Part shown: positions 10,177 through 10,481 of the stretch, piece after piece
Layout of the letters: each line of letters starts with the position of its first letter
Numbering within the stretch: position 1 is the first letter of the stretch
Source of the DNA: Myxococcota bacterium
Lineage (GTDB): Bacteria; Myxococcota_A; Polyangia; Polyangiales; Sandaracinaceae
DNA: 10,481 bases
Direction of reading: 5' to 3'
Assembly (NCBI GenBank): GCA_036149055.1
Contig: JAYZQJ010000093.1
Location: 1-10,481 of the forward strand
Notes under the pieces: model-generated
What the model saw: only the letters and a program-made list of their open reading frames with translations
Told to the model about the DNA's origin: nothing
The model's database searches: none
Program-made: the position numbers and the translations under genes

Positions 10177-10206
10177 AGAGCTCGAGAGTTGGCAGACAAT
10201 GGCGCC

Positions 10207-10481
10207 GGGGCACCCCGTCGCCTCCACGCCAGTGACCCGAGACGACGGCAGGCGACGAGCGCAGCGAGGTCGCCGCCCGCGCCACTCGAGTCGTTCGATC
10301 CCGCGGCAGCGGGCGGCCAGCTCGCGCGCAGCGCGAGCGCGAGCCGCAGGGCGCCCAGCGCCCCGTCGCTGGGGTCGCGGGGCCAGCGCGCGAAGCGCGC
10401 GAGGGGCACCCCCGCCCGCTTCCACGACAGTGACCCGAGACGACGCCAGGTCCCGCGGCAGCGGGCGGCCAGCTCGCGCGC
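10207..10481. repeat. Composite palindrome-rich intergenic repeat (BIME/REP-like mosaic, ~152-bp period, cut by window edge)
   Basis: Block A 10207-10252 resembles 10403-10450 (exact 18-bp core cagtgacccgagacgacg at 10230 and 10428). Block B is an exact 31 bp at 10299-10329 and 10451-10481. Hairpins ctcgcgc-gca-gcgcgag (10321-10337) and gcgcgc-gaa-gcgcgc (10386-10400). Confidence 0.85.
10251..10274 (-). repeat. 24-bp REP-like palindrome, same family as 25-48/63-86
   Basis: Reverse complement ggcgacctcgctgcgctcgtcgcc versus ggcgacttcgcttcgctcgtcgcc: 22/24 identical. Confidence 0.8.

Noticed and set aside
10190..10204. Sigma-54 promoter-like TGGCAGACAATGGC
   Set aside because: GG-to-GC spacing is 9 nt instead of the required 10, and no gene follows within the window.
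10207..10481. CRISPR array or IS element at the right end
   Set aside because: No regular repeat-spacer periodicity, transposase ORF, terminal inverted repeats or target-site duplication is visible.

Overview
High-GC (roughly 70-75% by eye) bacterial DNA, most likely from a myxobacterium (Polyangiales/Sandaracinaceae-like), inferred from two MYXO-CTERM-type C-termini with DAG-rich linkers. Seven credible genes in order: AraC-family regulator (-), divergent secreted/lipoprotein PHB-depolymerase-like (LpqC-type) esterase (+), two tandem paralogous Cys-rich MYXO-CTERM surface proteins (+), glutamine-dependent NAD+ synthetase (-), secreted beta-propeller protein (-), and a cystathionine beta-synthase with C-terminal CBS domains (+). 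Both window ends are non-coding repeat DNA and share one 24-bp palindromic REP-like element. The best candidates for something undescribed are the paralog pair (same order of 26 Cys, two GDCDxDG motifs each, divergent loops, each with a copy of the same promoter-like 5' motif), the eukaryote-type CBS, and the AraC operator/leaderless-promoter architecture. No CRISPR array, RNA gene or transposase is visible. All family assignments are from motif recognition, not database searches.
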